Assembly (NCBI RefSeq): GCF_003704095.1 | Contig: NW_020843442.1 | Span: forward strand, 186,001 to 250,000 | From: Pocillopora damicornis | Taxonomy: Eukaryota | Direction of reading: 5' to 3' | DNA: 64,000 nucleotides | Shown: in pieces, positions 36,301-48,559 of the stretch | Numbering within the stretch: position 1 is the first letter of the stretch | Layout: the number at the start of each line of letters is the position of its first letter | Made by a program: the position numbers and the translations under genes | The notes under the pieces: model-generated | What the model saw: only the letters and a program-made list of their open reading frames with translations | Database searches by the model: none | Told to the model about the DNA's origin: nothing

Positions 36301-36491
36301 TGTCCACAGTGGTGGACGCAGACGAAATTCTTGTTTTGGAAGAGGGCCGTGTGCGTGAGAGAGGTTCTCATTATTCACTCATCACAGACTCAAACAGTTT
36401 ATACGCTCATTTGTGGCACAAGCAGCACGAGGCACATAGAGTCGACATTCATAGAACTCAGGTCGATGATACGTCAGCTGCTGGGATGTAA
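27395..36491 (+). CDS. ABCB7: Mitochondrial ABC transporter ABCB7 (Atm1 orthologue, Fe-S cluster export), 13 exons, ~695 aa
   Basis: Exons 27395-27529, 29210-29422, 30447-30576, 30897-31083, 31183-31264, 31357-31445, 31911-31998, 32509-32683, 33097-33254, 33665-33834, 34213-34342, 35197-35472, 36237-36491 (2088 nt in frame). Motifs: [61 protein letters not shown], Walker [34 protein letters not shown]. Confidence 0.96.
28860..28990. repeat. Short MITE-like repeat with TGGATAA/TTATCCA internal palindromes
   Basis: CCCAGTTGTTCAAAG..TGGATAATGCTATCCACTGG...TTATCCACTGGATAA pattern in ABCB7 intron 1. Confidence 0.5.
31726..31784. repeat. Near-perfect inverted repeat (hairpin) in ABCB7 intron 6
   Basis: TTTGGTGGGTACCAATATTT (31726-31745) is the exact reverse complement of 31765-31784. 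The inner TGGTC/GACCA also pairs. Confidence 0.85.
34952..35166. mobile_element. Palindromic Penelope-associated non-autonomous repeat with a truncated hammerhead-like centre
   Basis: Imperfect ~67-bp inverted arms (35008-35074 / 35100-35166) flank TTTCGAGCGTTAGCCCTTCGTCA. Same family as ~18790-18890 and the degenerate copy at ~28420-28630. Confidence 0.65.
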
Positions 36492-37596
36492 TGTGCTAGG
36501 AAACTGGAACTAACGTGGAACCGTGGCGTTTGATGTTCAATTTTCATTGTCATTTTGAGGCAATGAAGAGTGTTTTAGAAATGAGTGGGCAACTAGCAAT
36601 CTCTTCGTAAACACACTAAGCAATTTTAAACGCATTTTGTAGAAAGACTGTCTCTCAATTGGTAATGATTTTATTAACGTAACTTATTTCAATGTTGGAA
36701 ACCCGCTCAGATATGCTCTAGTTGCCATTACTGAAAGAGTAGGGAAAAAACGCGGGATAGAATTTTACCAGCGGTAAACGCAGGACAAGGTGCCACTGGT
36801 AGAAAACGCGAGAAAATATGTCAGCGGACGGGTGGAAAACGTGGGAAAAACGTTTGTCCCGTATCACATGATGGAAAAGATAACCTAAGGTACTTGTGGA
36901 ATTTGTGGGTAAAAATGTTGAACCAGGCATTTTACCGGGTAATGTCAGAGCTACAATCACCATTAACTTGTGCGGTCGATAAGCTTATGTGTTTAATTAT
37001 ATTTGTGAGAACCACACCATCATCTGTCCATGGCATTGACAGTTAATTTGTTAAAAATTTTTCTTTTTATACGCAATATGTTGTTCAAATACAGACATTT
37101 CATCATTGACAATTTCCGACGAATGATTAAGTCATTCTGGATTCAAAACCATCAGATATTGCTTCAATTACTAATATTCAGACGAAATATAATTATCTAG
37201 GAAACAAGACATGGTTTCTTCGTCAAGACCCTGACATGAGCTAAGAAACCTGGCTGCTTCAATTAAGATATTTTGCGAAGTGTTAACTTCACAGATAGAT
37301 TCCATGTTACCGTGTGTATGTTCAGAATTTTGACGTCATCTCTGACGAATTACTTTACAGACCCACGGAAACGTAGCATCTCTATGTTTTATATGATTAT
37401 AAGCAAAACGTTGTGAAGAGTGACCTCATCTATGCGTCTTTCCATTGATAGATTATAAGGAAAAACCAATAAAATATGTGCATGATTACGCTAATCATAA
37501 ATTATGTACATCGCTGTGCATTTTCATCGTGAAATTTATGTTAAGTGAAGTGATAGTTCCTTCACTGCAGATATTGCTCGCCCGCCGGCTATTCCG

Positions 37597-37902
37597 CTGG
37601 GGCGAATCCAGGATTGTTCTCAGGAGGGGGTGCACCTCTAAAAAATGACGTAAATGACATGCGACGAAAACAAATTTTAAAACCCGACAACGAAGAAGAC
37701 TTACGACTATTCACTAAGAATACGCAGCAAACTTAACGGCAGATTCGGTATAGCTGTGAAGTTATACCGAATCTGCCGTTAAGTTTGCTGCGAAGTTATA
37801 ACTGTGAAGTTATATTAGAAAGCTACTGATCATCTCGGAGAATTGGGGGGAGGGGGGGGGAGTGCGCACCCTCTGCTCCTCCCTCCCCTTGATCCGCTCC
37901 TG
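37597..37902. mobile_element. MITE-like element (GGGGCGAATCCA...GATCCGCTCCTG ends) containing a perfect 30-bp inverted repeat
   Basis: Imperfect terminal inverted repeats and subterminal GGGGTGCACC / GTGCGCACCC. Internal perfect arms at 37723-37752 and 37763-37792. Confidence 0.55.
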
Positions 37903-37991
37903 TTACGTATGGCAAACAGTAATGAAGTTTAAACGTGTATTCAAATTTAGATTTTGTTTTGTGTTCACTCTTCCTCCTTTTTCCTTCCATT

Positions 37992-40210
37992 TTAAGTATT
38001 GCTCTTAGAATTTAATTGACTCACGGTATGATAGGAATATTTCGGACCAAAATCTGAGGTTCCAAATATCGAAGAGCTTTCGTTCTCTTCTGATGAAGGT
38101 GGTTCGATCTGGCTGTCATCCGTGTTTTGAATATCGAGATCTACAGGGCAGTACGATATGTTGCAGTATCTATGAATTGTTCTCTTCATATTCACTTGGA
38201 ATTTCTTGGTAAACAGGCAGAACATAAGGAAGTTGGTGAGGCCCTGTGCACTTTCAAATACTCCCTGAAAAGATATCAGTACTTTGTAAACGTTTCTTCA
38301 CTTACCACTGAACTGTAAACTAACGGGTGTATACGAAGCTCGATTTGTCGATTTGGTTTCACTTAAGACAGAAAATATCCTCTTGTAACTACTAGGATCA
38401 TGGAGGTAACTACATTCCTATTTTTCGGTCAGCGAGTAATTTCTGGCCTGTTATGAATCATTTGTACCCCCACTATTATCCTGGCTCGTCACGCAATCCT
38501 AAAGATGGGAGCGTTGCGTGACTAGGCAGAGAGGAGGTAGTTTGATTTCAGGTCAAGCAAGTAACTCTGAGAATGACGAAGTTGAGTTTTGAAGGACTTT
38601 AGAGCAAAAATTGGGTCTGTAAATTTCTTCAGATCCCCAGAAGGCGACGCGTCTGATACCTCTCCCTATTCCTCTCACGGTTGTTTCACGCATACTCTTC
38701 TCCACTCCACTCGCGAGTATAACAAGAACAGACCGTTGGAACACTCACCTGGAAATAGATCAAGACTTCTTGAACGTTCCTTACTGGTTTTGATTCATGC
38801 ACAGATGAACTCGAGTAAATTGCGAAGCGCATCATTCCCCAGGATCGCAAACAGAGGAAAATAACAGGAACTAATGTCAGTTTTTTGTCGAATCTCTTTG
38901 CTGCCTCCAGAGATCTACGAGCAACAGGGTTTCTTTCGTTTATGTACACCTAAGAATAAACGTTATAAAAACATTAAGTTTTAATGTTCTACATTACTTC
39001 GGCCAGGGCTGGATTTGTTTATCAAGTTGAGACAATATTCTGTTATTGATGAAACTTGGCATTCTGATATAATAACTTACTAAGTATTGGCGCCCTCTGG
39101 AATGTTACATCAATGTGACAGTCCGGATGCATAGGAAGGCGTTACAGCATGCGCTGATATTGCGTTACGTCAGAGGAATACGTGCAATGTACGTGTACTA
39201 ACAGTCGATCGCGTGATACACCGATGATCGAAAGTACTGCTTGGATGCGTGTCCAGTCATGAGCCGGAAAGCGACGATCGCAATAAATGTACGAAAGTAA
39301 GTAACAATTGTACAATATGCAGAAAATAAAAGAAAAAGATCGCAGTGAGAGTACATGTCTTTGAAGCTCATAACATCTTTGAAAATTTTTTGTTTCAATA
39401 CCACGATTTTCAAGGGTCATGTGATGCAAGAGAATTGATCATGTGGTAACGCTTAACATAACGTGATACACAATCACTTAACTTCATCAGATGCAAAAAA
39501 TATACACGTATTGCCGTATTCCAGTAAGTTATTAAAGAAAGACGTCATTGACAGTCACCTACCTCTTGTCGAAGATGACATTTTAGCAGCCCGTAGAAAA
39601 TTAAAATAAGTATGAAGACCAATACTTCCCAGGCTTTTCCTGTGACAAGCATCCACATAATGTAATTATCCTCAACATTTTTGCCACTGTCATGCACCTT
39701 GATCCAACACCAAGCTGAGCTGTAAATATCGCGATCGTTTCCGAGCACGCCTGCTTGCAGCGCTATGCATGCAATTAGCACAGGCACGCCCCATCCAATA
39801 GCATGAAACATATAGAACATTATGTCGGCCAATTTGGGCTTTTTCCTCGCTATCGATATGTACAAAAAGACGGCCATAAATGTGGTCCAAAAGATGGAAC
39901 ACAGGTTAGCTGTAGTGTAGAGCAAACTCTGAGCTGTGCAGGCAGGAGAGTTGGTGTTTGGTGGTAAAAATGCACCAAACATAAAACTCGACACTACAAC
40001 GCAATCAGCGCCGGAAATGTAGACAAGAATTTTTCTTGAGGTCGACTGCATGTCCTTCCACGCATAATATGTTATAATAATGACTATGGCCCCAAGAAGA
40101 GACAAAGCTGAGGTCAGAACCACCAAAGTGCGGTTCAAAGTTGTATTTCCAATGGCTCCAAAGCCCAATGTAGTTGGTGTATCTACTGTTGGTGCTGTGA
40201 CAGCCAACAT
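37992..40210 (-). CDS. GPR157-like / cAMP-receptor-like 7TM GPCR, copy A, 3 exons, ~373 aa
   Basis: Exons 40210-39563, 38949-38749, 38264-37992 (1122 nt, phase-0 introns). Motifs: LSLLGAIVIIITY, SRKILVYISGAD, CTAQS, SIFWT, FHAIGWGVP, WCWI, WMLVTGKAWE, DKKLTLVPVIFLCLRSWG, QGVFESAQGLTNFLMFCLFT. Confidence 0.9.
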
Positions 40211-42225
40211 GTTATCGATCCTCTAACGGAGCACTTCTAAACTCAGCCTTTAAATCTCGATGTTGTGTGAAAAAAATCACGTGAGTCACACGAAGTCACG
40301 CAACACGGACAGTAACGGTACTTCAATTAACACGCGTTTGCATCACATATCACATGACGCTATGATTTAAGGGACTTTGTGTTAGTAATAATCTAAATCC
40401 GTTAATACCCGAGATCTGATTGCTAATTCTCCCCTCTAGCTGCAGCGCATTTCCTTGTAAATCAGTTGCGATAATTTCGTGTTAGATGAAAATAACCTGA
40501 TTAATTTGAGTATTCCCATTACCTGTTTGCTAAACAACGTATGGATGTTACAAGATGTGGCGCGCATTTCAAGTCAATATTCAGAACATTTCAGTATGTG
40601 ACGTATTATTTACATTTCTGAGCCATATTTTCTATTTCCTTTCCATATGTTTTTTTATTTGGCTTTTATATTTTTTATTACATTCCTGTTTATTTATATA
40701 TGTGGTAAGCCAATTTATTTTGTTTTCGTTCTCTTTGTTGTTATTTGCGTTCTTTATTTTTCATATCTATTCCTTTTTTTTTCGTTCCAAGTAGGATTTA
40801 TTATTTACATTCTATTATTATTTACACACTTCAGCATGTGATCACATAGCAGTGATTTACTTTCCTGCCTATTTCAAAAAAAAACAATGACCTATGAGAC
40901 TTTAAGAGATAGCAACGAAATTGGCCTTTTCAACTTCGTAGAGTCCCTTTGTACCCTGTCAATAGGTATTCAGAATATGAACGCACAAGATATTTCCATT
41001 GATTACTTCAAAGATGCTAACTCGCGCCTGATGTAATTTTAACTTTACATTAGCTATTACACAGAGCGGAGAGCTTAAAAAACGTAATTGAAACGTGTGA
41101 CATTGCTCAAATGTTGCGCCGAAAGCAAAAAAAAGTGCTTGACCGCCTTGAAAGTCGTACAAATGTCTGCAAATCAAAAGGATGGACGAATGATCAGAAG
41201 TTTGGCTTTTAAATTCGTTTGCCAAGTCTATAGATTCCCATCGAATCTTAGATGGAAGATGGAAAGTACGGTGAACCTAGATACAGAAAATTGCAAGATC
41301 GAGTCCGACAGCCCAGGGGAGTATTTTATTAATGATGACAACGTCGATTAAAAATGATTGACTTTGAGTTCACTTTATTTGATTTCCTTCCTTATATACA
41401 ATTTTCGGTCATTTAACACAAATATACCCCGTGCATTGGCACTTAACGCTTAAAAGTTCACCTTTTTTTTGACAAACCACTGATACATGTGTCTCTTTGT
41501 AAGTACAACATAAAATGGACATGAAAATTACATTACCTAAAAACGTCAATGTCTTGTCACTTAGTTACAAAATGGTTTCAAAATCTGAGTGAGTTATGGT
41601 GTAATCTATTCAGTCAATTTTGATCCATTCTTAGCAAAACAGTTAGCGACAAGACGACGTTTCGGCTGATGACCAGTCGCTTTAACATATTCTCAGAATA
41701 TAATATTGACTGTTTTCATTATATCACAACCTATATACACATGAAATGAGGTGTCTTTACTTGCTAAAATAAAAGGATTGCTCCTCGTGAATGGGGGAGG
41801 GGAGTCTGGGAATGAGAATGTCCCCTATCCCGTTCTCCGTCTTCCCGCCCTTTTCTTTCCAGTCACTCGTACCACTCGTTCAGATTAGCCTATCTCATTT
41901 GGAGCATGGTTAGATTCCATCAAGTACTGCACTCCCCATTTCTCACTTTTCATCGTAGGAAATAATACAGTAAACAAATAACTGAGCTTGGAAACGAAGC
42001 AGCATGCTAAGAATAACAGCTTGTGATCACGATCTAAATCACATCCAGCTCTATCCTAATTCGAACCTAGCTTACATAGCATATGAACTTATTCAGTGTA
42101 AAACACCTTTTATGTGAAAATTTGTTAGATTCAAGCGCTCAAAATGTGTTGCGATTTCCTTTGAGAATTTCACACCATCACCGCATGAGGTCATAGAGAC
42201 AAACCCTCCGTTCCTACCCAGGCTC

Positions 42226-45200
42226 CTACCGTGTTAATTTAGATGTATTCGACGTTAACAAACTTACAGTGTAATAGGAATATTTTGGACCGTAGAAATC
42301 TGATGTCTTAAATATCGCAGAGGTTTCTCCCGTGTCTGAATACTGTGGATAACGGCTGTTATTTGAGTATTCCACGTTTATACACTCTCCGGGAATGAAT
42401 GTATATTTGTCTCGCAGACATGGGCAGTATTTGTGTGCTACTCTTCGCAAATTATTCTGGAATTTCGTGGTAAATAACCAAAACAAAAGGAAGTTGACGA
42501 AACCTTGAGCACTGTTGCATACACCCTGAAATCAAATTATGATGATGTTTAATAATCGTCATTTCAAACGAAACTTCAGAAGGATGACATGGATTTAGCT
42601 TGTATGATTGTATGACGAGATGTAATATCCATGGTGAAAAAAAGTTTGTCTTGGCCAAGGAAATTAAAGTCGCAAAAATTTTCAAGTACGTGTTGGCTGT
42701 CTTTAATGTATGATGGTAAAGTTTCGACGACAGGAGCCATGATTTTGTCTAAATAGCTGGAAACAAGTCCGGTTGGGACAACTGCAGACAGAGACGATGG
42801 GTCGATCTGGGTTGTTAGGTTTAGGAGAGGTGATGGTGATATTTTTTGCAGTGGCCGGCAATTCTTATTTAGTCATAAGATCGTTAATCGTGTTTTTTTT
42901 GGCAGAGGTCGGCCTGCCAAACAACAACTGTGTCGCCTTTGTCGGCCGCTTTAATAACAAAGTGTTTGCGTTTTTTTGTACTTTTTAGTGCCGTTCATTC
43001 TTCCCATGAAAGGTTGGAAATTTTGGTGTTATGACTGAATTTAAGTTTGTTGATACCGTGACGTTATTTGTTGATGACAAAATCTAAAGCTGGCCCTCTG
43101 AAGGAGTCCATTTAGACTTTTGAATCTGAAGCGTTTCGAAGTATTTTTGTTTGAGGTGTTAGAATCATCCTCTTTGTCGTGAAAAAAGGCTTTTAATTGA
43201 ACGCCGCAAAAGCATTTTAAACGTCTTGCTATCTGAAAATTCGTCGGTTTTTCGGAAATGCGAGCAAAATTTAAGCCCTTACTGAGAACGGATTTTTCTG
43301 AGTGGGAAAGTGGAAGATTTATTGGAATGGTAACTACGGTTTTGAGGCTTTCGGGCAATGAGTCACCAAGGACAGATAAGTATTAGAGAGTAAGTTGGCC
43401 AATTTAATCATTTGATTCCAATTTATGATTTCTCAGTCAATAAATCATTGTATGGCGCAATTCCAGAATTTTGATTGGCTGGCAACCATGGTCTTCTGCC
43501 CATTATACTGTGATGTAAATACGAGGGTTTATTTCCAACGCCTAAGACTCTTTTAGCCTGCGAGTAGCTTGTCTTTTCACGTTTCACGTAACACAACGCG
43601 AACCTAGCCGCTTTAGCTACGCGTGAGCTCACTTCACATAGAGTTTCGACGAAGCTGTCTCATGAGTCAAAGTGAGTTCTTACAGCTGTCTGCTGACAAA
43701 AAATGCGGCATCTGAATAATTTTAAACCTGAAACTTCATCTGCCATTGTATGACTCATAAGAAATAGTTTTGGAGAATTTTTTTCAGAAGCAAACTTCTA
43801 CTTTGTGAGAGAAAATTGGAGGAAAATCTTATGTACACAGCAAACGCGAAGCAGCTTACTTTCACGAAGAAACGGCACAGCGCATACGGCAAACGTGAAA
43901 AAAAGCGGGAACATTGTGGTCAAGTGGTCACTCTTGCCGTTCACGTTTCACGTAAACGAGGTACCAAATCTCTCTAATGAGATAGGCAACGCAAGCAGGC
44001 CAGAGGTCCGCAGGGGGGTCTAACACTTATTAGTGCTACACCCCCGGCAAACCTCTCTCCGATTCGTCTCATATCTTCCCGCGGGCGGAGAAACGCGCGT
44101 CCTGCAGCGCTTTTAATGAAGCCTGCTTGCCGGCTAATAATCCTTCCACTCATATCAACGCACAAACAGAAATACAACATACTTACCTGTAAATAAATCA
44201 AAATTTCCTGAGCATCAAGTAATGATTGCGATTGCTGTGCAGATGAAACCAGGTAAATACAGAAGCGAATCATGCTCCAGGATCGTAAAAATAGAAAAAT
44301 TATAGGAACAAGTGTTAACTGTTTATCAGCCTTTCTCGCTTCTTCCTTGACGCGGCATGGAACCATTTTCACCTGGTAAAATAAGCATAAAAACGTGTTT
44401 AATGTACGCTAGGTGCGCTAAACAAATGACTAACGTGAAGTTGTTATTTTCACTACTACGATTATTTTCACCAAAAGAAAGGACACATCTAGCAATAGAT
44501 GGTGTGACGAAGTCACGTCATATACTAATCACGTACTCATTGCGTACTTGTCACGCACTTGTACAGCGAATGGAATAGCGTATGGTGCAATATCAGTTGA
44601 TGACGAAGAAAGACAAGAGCTGCTATCAATTTGCTATAGCCAAACATACCGAATTATTATTATTAACCGAAAAAAAATGTAACCTGATATCTGTTATCAT
44701 TTAGGGCCATCATACTTTACTTTCAGTTCACGGCAACCCTTCAACTCAAAACACTGACCAAGAAAAACCTCGACTTACATAAACACCACCCTTTAACTAC
44801 CAAGATCTGATTGTTAACTCTCCCCACTAGCTGCCAGACATGTCCTTGCAAATTAGCTACGAGAATTCGGTGCTGAGTCAGGACAACTGCTACCTGATAA
44901 GTTTGAGTATTCTCCTAACCTGTTTGCTAGATAATGTAATCTTAGTACAGGTTTATTCGCCTTTTGTAACAAATTACAGGTATTATTATATGCAGATAGA
45001 TATTAATAAATAAGACAAAAGATCACGCAAGCTCTTCTACGCTTTTCGAAAGATTCCCGCAGTAATATTTCTATTTAGTTAATACACGTTCAAAGTTTTA
45101 GTTTTGTCTATAATAATACTTGCAGGGAGAAGTTATATGTATTAATCACTTCCGAGAATTCAAGGTTTATGAAGAAAGGTATTGGGAAGTATTGCCTGAT

Positions 45201-46035
45201 TCAACACCAAATTCTACTGCTACAGGCAAACAGGAAGGCGAATTGATATTGATACCTCGGGAGTGAAATGGTTTACTCTATAACTGTGATGTAGACGATC
45301 AGCTGATCTTGAAGAGATATACTCAGTATCATAACAATCATCGCGATTGTATTGATGCATGCATTGATTACGATTGACACAAATACGGTTAATGAGTTCG
45401 TTGTTTACCTCTGTGCGGAGATGACACTTCAGCAAGCCATAGAAAATCAAAATAAGTATGAATACAGCTATCTCCCAAAATTTTCCTGTTACCAACATCC
45501 ATATCACATCATCGTTGCTATTGTCCTGTACTCGGATCCAACACCAACCAGAGCTGTAGATATCTCGGTCATTTCCAAGGGCGCCCTTCTCCCAAGCTAG
45601 CACTACAATAAACAGTGGGAAACCCCAACCAATTATGTGGAAAAACCAAAGAAAATTCTTTGCAGGAGTTAGTCTCGCTACTGCTGCGTACAAATATATG
45701 GACAAGAAGAGAGTCCAAAAGAAGGAACATAGATTCGCAGCGGTGGAGAAAAAACTCTGAGTGACACAGGCAGTGGAGTTTGCGTTGTCTGGTAGCAGTA
45801 CTCCGATCATGTAACTTGCAGCTACAACACTGTCAGCGATGGAGATGTACACCAGGATTTGTCTCGAACACGACCTCACGTCCTTCCAGGCAATATACGT
45901 CACGATGATTAACAAGGCTCCGAGAAGCGACAAAGAGCATGTGATAGTCACTAAAGTTCGGTTGAGAAGGGAACTTCCAATATCTTCAAAATTCAATACC
46001 GTGGTTGGCGTCTGAAATGTCGGCGACGCTGCCAT
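42226..46035 (-). CDS. GPR157-like 7TM GPCR, copy B, 3 exons, ~370 aa
   Basis: Exons 46035-45409, 44372-44187, 42525-42226 (1113 nt), with the same intron positions and phases as copy A. Motifs: SRQILVYISIAD, SFFWT, FHIIGWGFP, SSGWCWI, VTGKFWE, ADKQLTLVPIIFLFLRSWS, SAQGFVNFLLFWLFT. Confidence 0.9.
42600..43370 (-). mobile_element. Decayed Penelope-like retroelement reverse transcriptase fragment in intron 2 of GPCR copy B
   Basis: Across frameshifts and stops the minus strand reads LPLSHSEKSVLSKGLNF, QLKAFFH, SNLSWEE*TALKS, VIKAADKGDTVVVW, KPNNPDRPIVS, SSYLDKIMAPVVETLPSYIKDSQHVL, LFFTMDITS. This is the order of N-terminal and RT motifs typical of Penelope-like ORFs. Confidence 0.8.
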
Positions 46036-47374
46036 GTTTCTTTACTACGTCGTCTACCGAAAGGTGCTTTAAAATTTTGATATAAATAGCCTTTGTATGA
46101 CGGGAATCACGCGCTACCAACGTGACCTCTAAGACAACGGTGGGCTTGAAAGTGCTAACTCTCCCTTGGAGAGTGAGAGGAACCTATTTTTACCACCAAA
46201 AACTAGGCTGATTTCAGGTTGGTTAGTTTTGATAGTAAAGCAGACAGTGGTATCATCAGTTGCTGATTTTCAGATGTTAGCAAGGTTACAAACAGCTTAC
46301 TATTTTGTTATTTGACGTAAGAACCGGAAGTGGCACCCGCCAGCTTATTACACACTAAATATGGCAATGTAATATTATACAATGAGGTCATTTCTACAGC
46401 GATTTAAGTAGTTTCCCTAATTCGGTTGTTCTCCCGTTTGTTTGTTTGTCTGCTTGCTTTCCTACTTGTTTGCCTGTTTGTTTTTTGTTGTTGTTGTTGT
46501 TGTTGTTTCTTTGCTTGTGTGGTGCTAAAGTTTCAGGGCTGACAAGCGAACATTTTTCAAGAAACTTGTACGAATTTAGAACTGAGTCATGTAAAATATA
46601 TAGAATATTACTTTGGAGCATGTGAAAGATTTCACAATAATGTAAACATAGCCTACGCGTAGCCATATCCTCCCCCCCTCCCCCAAAGCGAAACCCTTCC
46701 GTTTCACCTTGGGGGTAGGGAAGGGTCCGCCTAAAGTTGTCTAATATAAAGAACGACCGCAGTTTTCAACAGATGTTATTAAAGTACACGGGGTTTTTTA
46801 AAACTTTGACTCGAGAACCTAAAATTGGGAAACATAAAATTCAATTTAAAAATTTAGTCATATCTATATTGTGCAACAGAATAAGTTGTCATTTTATGGT
46901 ATACCACGACTGCGTGTAAATTACTATTTACGCTAAGTGGAAAAAAATTAAAACAAGGTAAAAAAAAAAAAATCGTTGGATGTAATGTGAGGTTTGAATT
47001 GCCTGGACCCATTTGAGTATTGAAGTTGTATTAATTGGCAGGTCATGACAAGTCTTAATGACCAACTGTTTTTCATTTTCACCGTGTTACGAAATGTGAA
47101 GTGGTGATCCCCAAAAATTAAAGTTTAAAAAGGAGATAGTGTGCGTTGCATTTCGATCGCGGGTTGACCAGCGACAGCGGGGTCTATGGAGAATCTGTGA
47201 TAAGAATCTGGGGAAATGACTCTCCTGCAGGGAGGTTTTGTCCTTGAACAGATCGCTCAAGCCAACAACAGGGTCTATTGTCATCATTTGGACCGTAGTG
47301 AGAGGCCGGAAGGAAGTTATCAACAACTGCAAGTAAGCGGTGAATATAAGTGTTAGAAACTCAACATACGGAGC

Positions 47375-48290
47375 AGGTATCTTTTGCTGGGAAAAAAATG
47401 GCAAGTTACTTTACTTTTCGTGATGTCTTTGTATCATCCATTTAAATTTTTGTTTCATCCAGACAAAAAGGTGACAAACATTTCAAGCTTCAGTGAGTTA
47501 CGGTACTAGAGAAATCTATCAGATGCGGTCTTGATTTTATGTTACATGCATTAATTACAGACTGAAGAAACGTATGCTAAAAAAGTTACTCAGTCGTAGA
47601 GCTAGTCAGGTTATGAGCTACCACCACGGAAAATTTATGAAATAAGGTAAGTGGCTTTAAATGTAAAATCAAAGTAGTTTGAATTATAAATCTTGGAGTT
47701 TGCATCCGACAATTTTATGTACAGCTGTGCCGTTTTAAGACTCGTTATAAACATAGAACCTCAGCTGTGTTGCATGACTGAATACTCAATTTGCAAACTA
47801 TTTTGTCTACTTGAAAATTTTCTAACTAGACGTTGTTGGCTTTCACAATTACTCATATACCCAGATCTTTTTAAATCTTTTTATGCTTAAGGTTTACCAT
47901 CTCCTCAATAGATATAAAAGAATTCAGGCAGATTACAGAACGAATGCCCTTGCAAAACTTTCTTACAAAACAGAAAGTTAATCAACTCTTGCGTGATTCA
48001 GCAGATTAATTTCTAACAAATTTATAAACATTTACACAGGACTATCTGTAGATTTAGTTCATCTTGGCTGAAAAAAATGGATGTTAATAGTTCTGATAGA
48101 GAGAATTTGTTTGACAATCTGGAACTTATCAAAATAGTGATCGTTTCGTTTACTTTCGTGACCTTTAAATTTGATTCAAGGATGATACTATGACGAGAAA
48201 TTAGAAACCATTCACTCTTAGGCCTGAGGCACGAAAGATAATGAGGTATAAACGAACACTTCTCACTTAAAATAAAAGAGATGGCAATTT
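47375..48290. repeat. ~0.9-kb segment duplicated in inverted orientation at ~59840-60775
   Basis: For example, CATCCAGACAAAAAGGTGACAAACATTTCAAGCT (47455-) and CTCTTAGGCCTG (48215-) are found reverse-complemented at ~60645-60680 and ~59905-59916. Confidence 0.85.
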
Positions 48291-48559
48291 TATGACTTTT
48301 TGGTATCATAAATGCTTTTATCGCTTAGGCATTCATTTTTTATAGATATTCTGTATTCTGTAGAAAAACAAATGTTAGGGTTGTTTCGCGTTCCTTTCAA
48401 CGAAAGGCGAGTAAACTAAGAACATTGTACTAAATTGAAGTCCAGTTGTTCTAGTCGTTTACCGGGTTGACTAAACAGAAGATGGCGATTTTTAAATTGA
48501 GTACTAGTTAGATCGAAATGACTGCATCAGAAAATTGAAAAGTGAATATTCAAAATAAC

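Noticed and set aside
40555-40841. Hydrophobic Phe/Ile-rich membrane-protein-like ORFs
   Set aside because: T-rich low-complexity intergenic DNA with no splice or homology support.
47087-47404. Coding-looking GC-richer patch
   Set aside because: No frame examined gave a recognisable protein, and it abuts a duplication breakpoint.
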